DNA of 64,000 bases. Source: Eledone cirrhosa. Lineage: Eukaryota. A program made the position numbers and the translations under genes. The stretch spans positions 107,012,001 through 107,076,000 of the forward strand of contig OZ024744.1 in assembly GCA_964016885.1 (NCBI GenBank), written 5' to 3'. Below are positions 25,570 through 37,150 of this stretch, one piece after another. The notes beneath the pieces are model-generated. The model ran no database searches. It was given only the letters and a program-made list of their open reading frames with translations, and was not told the origin of the DNA. Every line of letters begins with the position of its first letter. Position 1 is the stretch's first letter.

Positions 25570-27545
25570 GGCCACTCCTGATTGCCATTGTTTAGGAGCC
25601 CTTCCAGGCCACCCGGCACACACCAGTCAGCCAAAGAATACTTTCTCTATTTAAGGCTTTTAACACCTCGGGTCAAATTTCATCCTCCCCAGCAACCTTG
25701 CCACATTTGAGCTCTTTACTGCTCTTGTGGTCTTCCAAGATTAGTCACCACTCCCAGATGTACCTTGTGTACATCAGAAGATGCTCTTGTGATGGGGTTA
25801 AGGAGATCAACAAAGTATTCCCTCCACCTCGCGAGAATGTACTTCTCTGAAGAGAGAACACCAGATGCGTTCTTGATAGCAGGTGTGGAGGAGGGCTTCT
25901 TATTACAAAGTTGGCGGTTGGTCTGTCAGAACATTTTATTTGCTGATCTGAAGTCAGATTCCAATTTAACCCCAAAGTCCTCCTATATCTTAACTTTGGA
26001 TGCCTTTACTGTCCCTGCTGCGATTCTTTGTGTCTGCTGTACTGTAAGTGCAAGAAGGAGGAATTATTTCAACGCCAAGCTTTGTAAGCCTCCTTCTTTG
26101 CTCGGCTGGCATCTTTTACTTTTCACTTGAACCAAGGGGTCCTCCTGCCACCACACCAAACCACTTTTACCCACAGCATTTAACAACTGAAGTGTCTGGT
26201 AAAGAGATGTAGGGATATTATTGAGTCCAAGCTAGCTGATGAACAGTCTAATTTTGCCCCTGACACAGCACAACTGACCAAATATTTACACTGCGGCAGG
26301 CCTTTGAGAAAATCATGGGAATATCGCCAAGAGGTGTATTCCTGTTTCATAGACCTCAAAAAAGCACATAACCACGTTCCTGGGGACCTGCTGTGGAAGG
26401 CTGTGCAGGAATATGGGATTAATGGTCAGCTTCTTGCTGCCCTGATGTCTCTATATGAATTCCCAAGTATTGGTGTTCGAATAAATGGTGCTTAGCTGAA
26501 ACCATTCAATGTGGGAGTCGGACTCTGCCAAGAAGGCATACTGTCACCTCTCCTGTTAATTATCTTCATAGACAGAATTGACATGCATAGCCAGGCTGGA
26601 AGTGGTATCATAACTAGCAGGGGTAGGATCAGTCAGCTGGAATTTGCAGACGACATGGTATTACTTAATTTGTCAGAAGGGGATCTTTGACATTCATTTG
26701 TTCGGTTTGTTGCAGAGCTGCATGGCTGGAATGAAAATCAGTGCTGTGAAAACTGAGACAGTCATCCTCTCAAGGAAGCCCGCACAGTTCACTCTACATG
26801 TGGGGCCATGTTCACGTGTGATGGAAGACAGGAGGCGGCTGAACTGAGTGTAAGAATTGCAGGAGCTGGTGCAGTAATGCACCAGCTTCAGCATTCAGTA
26901 ATCAGAAGAAGGGAGGTAGGCGTAAAAGCCAAATTTGCTATCTTCAATTTGGTATTTGTGCCAACCCTTACCTATGGTTATGAATCTTAATAATTGTTTC
27001 TACTTTTTGGCACAAGGCCAGTGTATTACTGGTACTTTATTTTATCTACCCCGTAAGGATGAAAGTTAACCTTGGCGGGATTTGAACTCAGATCGTAAAG
27101 GGACGTAACTATGCTGGAAAGCCTGTCCGACCCTCTAACGATACTGCCAATTCACTTAATAATGACCGAAAGAAGACAATCATGAATACAAGCGGCCAAA
27201 ATGGGGTTCCTTTGAAGGGTCTTTGGAGTAACGTTACTTGATAGAGTGCGTAACTTGGAGATCAGAGAGTCGCTTCAGGTAGAACTGCTACTTCTCTGAA
27301 CTGAGAGATCACAGCTCTGATACAATGGACACGATTAGAATGTCTCAGGAAAGAATTGCTAGAAAGATTTTATAAGTAAAACCAACTGTCAGGAGACGCA
27401 GGAGATGACCCAGAGCAAGATTGTTGGATAACATCCATGAGCTTAGCTGGTCTTACTTGGTGATCCAGCTGGATCAGTTGGAGACAGATGTTTCTGACAA
27501 GACCCACTGGAAGGTGTGCTTGAGGACTCCCTTGACCCTTGCAGG
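25570..27545 (+). mobile_element. Second RTE family copy with inverted 5' segment and inserted SINE
   Basis: Plus 26200-27545: STTDQIFTLRQ, FIDLKKA, LSPLL, FADDMV, PTLTYGYES; minus 25570-26150: GKVAGEDEI.PEVLKAL..WQSGV. Confidence 0.8.
26995..27154 (-). mobile_element. tRNA-derived SINE (family B) inserted into RTE
   Basis: Minus strand has tggcagtatcgttag (A box) and gagttcaaatccc (B box); flanking direct repeat cttaataat at 26986-94 and 27155-63. Confidence 0.85.
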
Positions 27546-27903
27546 AATTAGTGAGCAAACAGAAAGATATCTTTTTTGTGTTATAAACTGTTTACTAACT
27601 AGAGTTGCATATGCAACACTCCAATCAGTAAATAATGATGTAATTAGGTTCAAGCACTCAATACCATGTATATCCTTCAAATTCCGATATGGTGGTCCAT
27701 AACCAAGTATATGTAAAATAATGATAAAAATATATCATTTTATTCCTTAAAGCTGCCATTACACAATTACCAACATGACTTTGTCAGATAGTCTCTTAAG
27801 TAATATGGTTATGTAATATTTCTAATGCATTACAGGTTATTGATAAGGAGGCAAACTTGTATTTGGTGTTGTTCTTACCAGAGTCTATCCCCCTATCTTA
27901 AGA

Positions 27904-27986
27904 TGCTATCTGATGAAGGCCTGTAGGTAATTGCATGATGGCAGCATTACATAATTAATAACGCCACAGAAATACGTATTACAGCA
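27904..27986 (+). ncRNA. Degenerate hammerhead-like motif
   Basis: TGCTAT-CTGATGA-aggc...gccaca-GAA-ATACGTAT-T-ACAGCA; palindromic stem III; stems I and II imperfect; lies just before a long (TA)n. Confidence 0.5.
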
Positions 27987-28041
27987 GATTACAGAATAAA
28001 ATTAATTATGCATATCTATATCCAAGTCGTTGCATTTTCAT

Positions 28042-28117
<76 letters not shown>

Positions 28118-28511
28118 TGACAATGCGATGTTGTATTGCACCTGAGCACTGTACACAATAATTTCATTATATTATTATTATTATTATTATTACTATTAAC
28201 ACCCAACTAAATAATCTAATAAAATAATAAATATACATTAAAAACCATCGTATTTTACCACTTTTTCGTATTTTGTAAAAACCAATATTGTTTATCTATT
28301 TTATACATATTTTTTGTGGTTTTTTTTTTCGTAATTCCTCAAATTCGTTTATTCAATGATCCGAAAGAAAATGGTTTCTGGTTTAAACCCAAGACTAGCA
28401 ATTTTAGCGGGGCGGGGTGGTGGTGAAATAAATGGTTTACACCAGTCTTAGTATTTAACTGGTACTTTAACTGGACCATAACTTTACTAAAGGAAGTAAA
28501 ACGTAGAAAAC

Positions 28512-28893
28512 CACTTCTGGTAGTAACAGTTGTAGCATGTTTTGGAACAAACCGTCTTAAAGATTATTATCAGATTCACTAGACTGAGCCAATACGATGG
28601 AATTGATGTTAATTGAGATGTTATTTAGGGCAGGTCAAGTTCTTCTTCGTTGGCTCGTGATAAGTATATACTGTTTAAATCTAAACATAGCAGACATATC
28701 AACAAATATGTTCCAGACGTGACCATCCCATCTTTTTATATACTGGGGACTACATTGTCTACGGTGTAACACCGTTTGTTTTTATCTAAGATGTGATGTG
28801 AGGACCTGATATTTCTAGCAAACGGAACGATATTGTAGAGGCATCCCTCGCTTGTTCATAACATTTTATATATATATATACGCCACATGTAAT

Positions 28894-28966
<73 letters not shown>

Positions 28967-29666
28967 AATTACATGTGGCGTATAGCAGTAGAATATTTAA
29001 AATCTCTGTGTATATACATATATAACTCGGTTTCATTTCCTAGTTGAGGAAATGAAACCGAGTTTATATGTATATACACACAGATTTTAAATATTCTACT
29101 GCTATACGACACATGTAATTACGTATATATATATATATATATATATATGCAAAAGTTCTATTTAAAATTGTTGGGATACAACAAGTAAATATTTTTATAA
29201 CTGATATAAAGCACTCGACAAGTATTTGGAGTAGATATACGATATTAATAAATGGAAACTATATTTATAAAATATATATGTAATTACATCTGGCGTATAT
29301 ATATATATATAAAATGTTATGAACAAGCGAGGGATGCCTCTACAATATCGTTCCGTTTGCTAGAAATATCAGGTCCTCACATCACATCTTAGATAAAAAC
29401 AAACGGTGTTACACCGTAGACAATGTAGTCCCCAGTATATAAAAAGATGGGATGGTCACGTCTGGAACATATTTGTTGATATGTCTGCTATGTTTAGATT
29501 TAAACAGTATATACTTATCACGAGCCAACGAAGAAGAACTTGACCTGCCCTAAATAACATCTCAATTAACATCAATTCCATCGTATTGGCTCAGTCTAGT
29601 GAATCTGATAATAATCTTAAAGACGGTTTGTTCCAAAACATGCTACAACTGTTACTACCAGAGGTG
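28512..29666. repeat. ~390-bp near-identical inverted duplication (28512-~28900 / ~29272-29666)
   Basis: Arms are reverse complements with only a few mismatches seen by eye; they enclose the 28961 palindrome and a PLE-like tail (29149-29272, minus). Confidence 0.92.
28961..29124. mobile_element. Near-perfect ~160-bp palindrome (fold-back element) in (TA)n
   Basis: Arms gtaattacatgtggcgtatagc..tcggtttcatttcct / aggaaatgaaaccgag..acatgtaattac around a 5-nt loop; GAAAC directly follows the central hairpin. Confidence 0.75.
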
Positions 29667-30272
29667 TAGCTAAAAAAAAAAAATTCCGAGAAACCATACA
29701 TTTGTAAGGAAATGTTCAATTATACCGTCTTAGTTAATTATTTCATCTCAAGTCGAATCTTTCACAGATTTATGATGACCGAAGATGTTTCTGTCGTAAT
29801 CGTCTCGTCTTTTTATATATTCAACACCACATTCTACAATATGTCTTATTTATTTCCCAAACACGGTATAAGATGCAGTTTCATGGATATTTTGACTGCT
29901 ATTTTTAGCAGATCTAACGACCATGAAGATGCAACCTCGTTAGCTGGAGTACTCTTATTAGGTTATTTAATTTAATTAATCAAAACAAGTAGAATAGACT
30001 AGAATGAGATATATTGTTCTGTATAATAACAGTGTATATGGTGTATTGTGAGTATATACAGAGGTTAAGGGCCAAAACATCGCTTGAGGTGGGTTTCTTT
30101 GAAGACCTGCTGTCTAGCTCTCCTGAGAGTTTCTTACCACCACAAATATATATACTATATTGTGAGTGTATATAGTGTATAAGGGATATATACTGAATTG
30201 TGAGTGTATATGATGTATAATAGTATATACTGTGAGTGTATATAGTGTATCCAGTACTCTAGTATATATATC

Positions 30273-30443
30273 AAAAAGTTAAACCCCGACGGCAGAGCTC
30301 AAGCCGTTTCGACGGCTATTTCCAGAAACGGCTTGAGCTCTGCCGTCGGGGTTTAACTTTTTACTATTACCCACTCTACTACCCTAAGTATTGAGTACTC
30401 TGGTGCGTTATGGTCCATGTGGTTCCTTACCACACTTCCTTCG

Positions 30444-30445
<2 letters not shown>
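30273..30445 (+). mobile_element. Fold-back PLE-like element in (TA)n
   Basis: Perfect 38-bp arms 30273-30310 / 30325-30362, right arm starting at GAAAC; tail nearly identical to 21475-21556. Confidence 0.78.
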
Positions 30446-30481
<36 letters not shown>

Positions 30482-30864
30482 CGAATATGTTTCATGAAAA
30501 AATTCTTTAAGTTTACCATTCAACGATTCCATATTAATTCTATCATTAACCACGATTCCATCACAAGTGTTTGTTTGTTTTAAGTTAAATCAAAATAGAA
30601 TAAAATGGATTAACATTTTTAAATCACTTAAATATTTTCACCAGCTATATCTTAAAGAATGTGTAAGTAAATATATTGATTTTTTTTTTACTTGTTCAAT
30701 TAAAATTATAGTGCATAAAATCAATTAAATATAGTTGTGTGTGTGAGAGAGAGGTGAGTGTAAAGGATTCCCATTTTGTCAAGAAATAATAAATAAATGT
30801 AGTAAATTTGTTTAGTTATAGATAACAGTTAAATTAAAAGACACTAACATGAAATTAATTAAAC

Positions 30865-33472
30865 ACAGGTGTGTGTGTGAAGGCTGTCCCATAGGTGTGT
30901 ATGTGAAGGTTGTCCCACAGATATGTATGTGAAAACTGTCACATAGATGTGAGTATATGTGAAGACTGCACATAGGTATGTTTGTGACGAGTGTCCCATA
31001 GGTATGTGAAGGCTGTCCAATACGTGTAGGGGAAAGTAGTCCCATAGATGTGTATGTGAAAGCTGTCCCATAGGTATGTATGTGTGTGTGTGTGTGAAAG
31101 CTGTCCCAAAGATGTTTGTGTGTGTGAAGACTGTCCTATATGTGAATGTGAAGGCAGTCCCATAGGTGTGTGTATGTGTGAAGGATGTTCCACAGATGTT
31201 TGTTTGTGTGAAGACTGTCCCATAGATGTGTGTGCGTGTGTGAAGGTTGTCATATAGACGTGTGTGTGTGTGTGAAGGCTGTCCTATAGGTGTGTGTGTG
31301 TGTGAAGGTTGTCATATTGGTGTATGTGAAGGTTGTCCCATAGGTGTGTATGTGAAGGTTGTCACATATATGTGTATGTGAAAGCTGCCCTATAGATGTG
31401 TATGTGAAGGCTGTCCTATAGATGTGTATGTGAAGGGTGTCCTATAGATGTGTATGTGAAGGCTGTCCTATAGATGTATATGTGAAGGGTGTCCTATAGA
31501 TGTGTATGTGAAGGCTGTCCTATAGATGTGTATATATGAAGGCTGTCCTATAGATGCGTATGTGAAGGCTGTCCTATAGATGTGTATGTGAAGGCTGTCC
31601 TATAGATGTGTATATATGAAGGCTGTCCTATAGATGTGTATATATGAAGGCTGTCCTATAGATGTGTATGTGAAGGCTGTCCTATAGATGTGTATGTGAA
31701 GGCTGTCCTATAGATGTGTATATGAAGGCTGTCCTATAGATGTGTATGTGAAGGCTGTCCTATAGATGTGTATGTGAAGGCTGTCCTATAGATGTGTATG
31801 TGAAGGCTGTCCTATAGATGTGTATGTGAAGGCTGTCCTATAGATGTGTATATGAAGGCTGTCCTATAGATGTGTATGTGAAGACTGTCTTATAGATGTG
31901 TATGTGAAGGCTGTCCTATAGATGTATATATGAAGGCTGTCCTATAGATGTGTATGTGAAGGCTGTCCTATAGATGTGTATATGAAGGCTGTCCTATAGA
32001 TGTATATGTGAAGGCTGTCCTATAGATGTGTATGTGAAGGCTGTCCTATAGATGTGTATGTGAAGGCTGTCCTATAGATGTGTATGTGAAGGCTGTCCTA
32101 TAGATGTGTATGTGAAGGCTGTCCTATAGATGTGTATATATGAAGGCTGTCCTATAGATGTGTATATATGAAGGCTGTCCTATAGATGTGTATGTGAAGG
32201 CTGTCCTATAGATGTGTATGTGAAGGCTGTCCTATAGATGTGTATATGAAGGCTGTCCTATAGATGTGTATGTGAAGGCTGTCCTATAGATGTGTATATA
32301 TGAAGGCTGTCCTATAGATGTGTATATATGAAGGCTGACCTATAGATGTGTATGTGAAGGCTGTCCTATAGATGTGTATATGAAGGCTGTCCTATAGATG
32401 TATATGTGAAGGCTGTCCTACAGATGTGTATATGAAGGCTGTCCTATAGATGTATATGTGAAGGGTGTCCTATAGATGTGTATGTGAAGGCTGTCCTATA
32501 GATGTGTATGTGAAGGCTGTCCTATAGATGTGTATATGAAGGCTGTCCTATATATGTATATGTGAAGGGTGTCCTATAGATGTGTATGTGAAGGCTGTCC
32601 TATAGATGTGTATGTGAAGGCTGTCCTATAGATGTATATATGAAGGCTGTCCTATAGATGTGTATGTGAAGGCTGTCCTATAGATGTGTATATGAAGGCT
32701 GTCCTATAGATGTATATGTGAAGGCTGTCCTATAGATGTGTATGTGAAGGCTGTCCTATAGATGTGTATGTGAAGGCTGTCCTATAGATGTGTATGTGAA
32801 GGCTGTCCTATAGATGTGTATGTGAAGGCTGTCCTATAGATGTGTATATATGAAGGCTGTCCTATAGATGTGTATATATGAAGGCTGTCCTATAGATGTG
32901 TATGTGAAGGCTGTCCTATAGATGTGTATGTGAAGGCTGTCCTATAGATGTGTATATGAAGGCTGTCCTATAGATGTGTATGTGAAGGCTGTCCTATAGA
33001 TGTGTATATATGAAGGCTGTCCTATAGATGTGTATATATGAAGGCTGACCTATAGATGTGTATGTGAAGGCTGTCCTATAGATGTGTATATGAAGGCTGT
33101 CCTATAGATGTATATGTGAAGGCTGTCCTACAGATGTGTATATGAAGGCTGTCCTATAGATGTATATGTGAAGGGTGTCCTATAGATGTGTATGTGAAGG
33201 CTGTCCTATAGATGTGTATGTGAAGGCTGTCCTATAGATGTGTATATGAAGGCTGTCCTATATATGTATATGTGAAGGGTGTCCTATAGATGTGTATGTG
33301 AAGGCTGTCCTATAGATGTGTATGTGAAGGCTGTCCTATAGATGTGTATATGAAGGCTGTCCTATAGATGTGTATATGAAGGCTGTCCTATAGATGTGTA
33401 TGTGAAGGCTGTCCTATAGATGTGTATGTGAAGGCTGTCCTATAGATGTGTATGTGAAGGCTATTTATATTG
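30865..33472. repeat. 26-bp minisatellite (tatgtgaaggctgtcctatagatgtg), degenerate at left end, with a 710-bp internal duplication
   Basis: Variants aaggctgacc at 32331/33041 and cagatgtgta at 32421/33131. Confidence 0.95.
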
Positions 33473-34470
33473 GATTGCATATACACAGGTTCAATATACG
33501 TTGATATATATATATACACTGGTCCTATATACGTTGATATATATATATATACACTGGTCCTATAAATCTTGTATTCTATATACACTGGATCTATATATGT
33601 TGGTTTCTATATACACTGCTTCTATACATGCTTAATTGTATATACACCGGTTCTATACACATTTGTATATACACTGATCCTATATACGTTTGATTATATA
33701 TACATTGATTCTATACATGTATAATTGTATATAAACCTGGTTCAATACATGTTGGTTTATATATACACTGATCCTATATACGTTTGATTATATACACATT
33801 GATTCTATACATGTATAATTGTATATAAACCTGGTTCAATACATGTTGGTTTATATATACACTGGTCCTATATACGTTTGATTATATATACATTGATTCT
33901 ATACATGTATAATTGTATATAAACCTGGTTCAATACATGTTGGTTTATATATACACTGGTCCTATATACGTTTGATTATATATACATTGATTCTATTCAT
34001 GTATAATTGTATATAAACCTGGTTCAATACATGTTGGTTAATATATACGTTTGATTATATATACATTGATTCTATACATGTATAATTGTCTATAAACCTG
34101 GTTCAATACATGTTGGTTTATATATACACTGGTCCTATATACGTTAATGTCTATATATACTGGTTGTATACATGGTTTGTAAATATACACTGGTCCTATA
34201 TACGTTTGTTTGTATATACACCGGTTCTCTACACGTTTGTATATACACAGGTCATATATACGTTTGATTGTATATATACAGGTTCTATAGATGCATAATT
34301 GTATATACACTGGTTCTACACATGGTTTGTATATACACTGGCTCTATACATGCATAATTGTATATACAGTGGTTCTATACACGTTGGATGGTATATACAC
34401 TCGTTCTACACATGGTTTGTATATACACTGTTTTTATACATGGTCTGTATATACACCGGTTCTATACAAG
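33473..34470. repeat. Degenerate ~30-bp AT-rich repeat with 94-bp higher-order unit
   Basis: aacctggttcaatacatg at ~33734, 33828, 33922 and 34016. Confidence 0.85.
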
Positions 34471-34744
34471 TTGTAAATCATTTAAAACATTATCTGTAAA
34501 CGTGTATTTATTTAAAAATTGCTCGTGTCTCTTTTGTGGCTTTCTAATTCTTCATTAATTAATTAAAATACAATGTGTGTCATTAAGAATACATTGTGTC
34601 ATAAAAATGGTTAAATCTTTTATGAAAAATGAACAAATAGATGGAATTATTTGAGTAAAAAAAAACCTTATCAGTGATGATGATGATAGAAGAGATGAAG
34701 GAATGAAGGAATACGATGTGAAAATGTAAAAGAAGAAAACATAC

Positions 34745-34909
34745 CAATTTGTCAATGCGAACTTGGAATAATTGATTGTCACGGAGTGGTTCCCCACTTA
34801 AAACAACAGCATTACTGAACTCTTGTGTTGGGTTATTTCTCTTAGCCGTCCTATTACCGTTACATAATAACACCAAAGAGCCAGTACGGTTGTGGAATTT
34901 AGAAGCCAT
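34745..34909 (-). CDS. NEURL4: NEURL4-like first coding exon, N-terminal part of NHR domain 1
   Basis: MASKFHNRTGSLVLLCNGNRTAKRNNPTQEFSNAVVLSGEPLRDNQLFQVRIDKL then donor GTATGT (phase 0); joins in frame to VYAWSGSIE at 6910. A T-rich tract and AG just upstream of the ATG suggest an upstream non-coding exon. Confidence 0.92.
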
Positions 34910-34957
34910 TCTGTCTTGCTTTTAAAAAAAATAAAAAACAGAAACAAAAACTGGAGT

Positions 34958-35430
34958 GCAACAACAGCAACAGTAACAAGAACAACAACACAAACAAGTC
35001 TAATGGTGTAGCTGCTGCTGCTGCTACAGTTACTGCTGCTGATACTGTGGCTACTGCTGATCTTGCTGCAGGTTCTGTTGCTACTGTTATTGCTGCTGCT
35101 GCTGATACTGTGGCTGCTGCTGCTGCTGATCTTGCTGCAGGTGCTGTTGCTACTGATAATGTGGCTGCTGCTGCTGATCTTGCTGCAGGTGCTGTTGATA
35201 CTGTTGTTGTTGTTGTTGCTGTTGCTGCTCTGCTGCTGCTGCTGCTGCTAGTTACTGCTGCTGTTGCTGATACTGTGGCTACTGCTGATCTCGGTGCAGG
35301 TGCTGTTGCTACTGTTGTTGTTGTTGTTGCTGCTGCTGCTTACTCTTGTTGTTACTGCAGCTGCTGTTGCTATTGCTGCAGCTGCTACACATGCTGCTGT
35401 TGCTACCACTACTGCCGCTGCTGCTCTCAG
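34958..35430. repeat. Cryptic trinucleotide tract: (CAA)n then (GCT/GTT)n
   Basis: Poly-Ala/Leu/Cys reading frames arise from the repeat; lies immediately upstream of the NEURL4 exon acceptor. Confidence 0.85.
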
Positions 35431-35910
35431 TATCCCAGTGTAATGTTTCCTTTCTAATTATGATAATATATATTAGAAAACGAAAACAAACATTTATATA
35501 AATTTCTGTGAATTAATTAAACAACTATTTTAGCAATTGCTTTTTTATTAGACGTAATATATTTCTTCTTTTACTGGGAATGCTGTATATACATTGAATG
35601 TTTTAAACTGCAATAAATAAATTAAAATGATTCATCTTTAAAATTCCCTAAATTAAAAGGTAGCATTGCTGGGAGTTTTGCTAGGAGTAAGAAATATAAA
35701 GATAGGTGAGAAAATAGTCTCAGTGATTTGGGAAATTAATAAGAGCTGTGTGCTACCTGTAGTTCAAATCACATCACATCACAGAATTTGTTAGGTTTCT
35801 AGGCTTCAAGGAATATTTAAGTATATAACCCCCACCCTAAAAAAATCTACATCACTGTTAAGATATATATATATATATTCTGCATATATATATATATATA
35901 TATATATATG

Positions 35911-36180
35911 CAGAATATCCGTAGATAAAAAGCCGAGGGGAAAATGATCAGTTCAGTACAAGAGTCCTTATTTAGCTTTCATTAGTGTTCATACATTTAA
36001 CATATACTCTCGACTCGGGGGTCCAGTTATGACCACCACTGTAGAGTGGAGTAAGTTTGTCCTTGCACCTGACGAGAGAGACCAGTTTTAGAACGACTCC
36101 TCCTCTCTGCAGTGATAGCCATATCTGGACCCCGAAACCTAACGTTCAGCATTTATGTTAAGTGGATGAAATTTAATATA
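35911..36180 (-). mobile_element. Degenerate fold-back PLE-like element in (TA)n
   Basis: Imperfect arms ggggtccag.tatg..cactgtagag / ctctgcagtg..cata.ctggacccc; contains CTGACGA and GAAAC; minus-strand tail end ctacggatatt shared with 21731. Confidence 0.55.
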
Positions 36181-36371
36181 AATTATAACCATATATATAT
36201 ATAATTTATATACAATTATATCATATAAATATATATGTGCGTGTCTATGTGTGATATACGTATGTGCGGGTATATATATGTGACTGTCTATATATATATA
36301 TATGACAGGGATAACTTGAACCGTTAAGGTATATTATCCTTGGTTATGTCAAATATTTATAAAACATTTTG

Positions 36372-36433
36372 TATTTTATCTGATGATAGCGTACCAAAAT
36401 TTTTGGTACCCTTGAAATATATATAATAGAATA
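36372..36433 (+). ncRNA. Minimal type I hammerhead ribozyme
   Basis: TATTTTAT-CTGATGA-TAGCGTACCAAAA-t-TTTTGGTACCCTT-GAA-ATATATAT-A-ATAGAATA; 8-bp stem I; same C.C mismatch before GTAC in stem II as the 24447 motif. Confidence 0.75.
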
Positions 36434-37100
36434 AATATGGTTTTATAAATATAGTTTCCATTTATTTAATATCATTATATATATGTGTGTGCGTGTATCT
36501 CTCTCTATATATCTATATGTGTGTGTATATATATATGTAATGTATGTGAGTGTTGCTCACGTGATAGGTTACCAGTTGCTAACTCACTGACACAAGGAAA
36601 CATGGCTACTGCAATGTATCTTGAACATTACCTCGACAGTAAGTACATACCATTCTCACTTCTTACATTAACAAAACGTTAAACATTTTAACGAAATTTA
36701 ACCACCATACTCTTATCTTATCAATGAACAGTTTATTTGTTCGAAAAAACCTATAATCCAAGACATTTTGCGCCTTTATTTATAAAATATATCCAGTCTA
36801 TCTCTCTTCTCTCCCTTTTTACACTTTCTCTCTCTCCTCTCTCTTTCCCCCTCTCTCTCCACTCTCTTTCCCCCCCTCTCTTTCTCTCCACTCGCTCTCA
36901 ATAAATATGTAGGTGTTTTGAATAGCAAATTGGAACCGAAATCACCTTGTGTCAAACTTATTTTACTTAATTTAAGTAATATGATCCACATATCCCTTTC
37001 GTTCACCATATATGTAATTTATTTTCTGTAAGATTCAGAATACTATTAAGACTAAGTAAAGTTTTATTAATATTTTTGTCCAGTTTCATCATGTTTTTAC

Positions 37101-37150
37101 CATCTTCCAGTCATAAACCCCGCCATTTTGCTTCCTTTTAAACCGCGCTA
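37101..37150 (-). promoter_or_regulatory. Candidate TSS / first exon of the NEURL4-like gene
   Basis: Minus strand reads GGAAGCAAAATGGCGG (ETS-like core plus YY1 motif, typical at housekeeping TSSs), then a possible donor TG|GTAAAA at 37100; 2.2 kb upstream of the coding exon on the same strand. Confidence 0.5.

Larger units (their letters stand above)
6911..34744 (-). other. ~27.8 kb GT-AG intron of the NEURL4-like gene, splitting NHR1
   Basis: Phase-0 donor and acceptor; protein is collinear across the junction (RIDKL|VYAWSGS) with no missing segment. Confidence 0.88.

Noticed and set aside
15008-30445. Fold-back units as Tc1/mariner MITEs with TA TSDs
   Set aside because: Arms are asymmetric with a one-sided conserved tail, inversion points vary, and they contain hammerhead cores; this fits retroelement termini better.
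33388-34558. Tyr/Ile-rich ORFs
   Set aside because: Translations of the AT-rich minisatellite.
35047-35457. Ala-rich antifreeze-like or poly-Leu ORFs
   Set aside because: Trinucleotide repeat translation; antisense to NEURL4, no splice or domain support.
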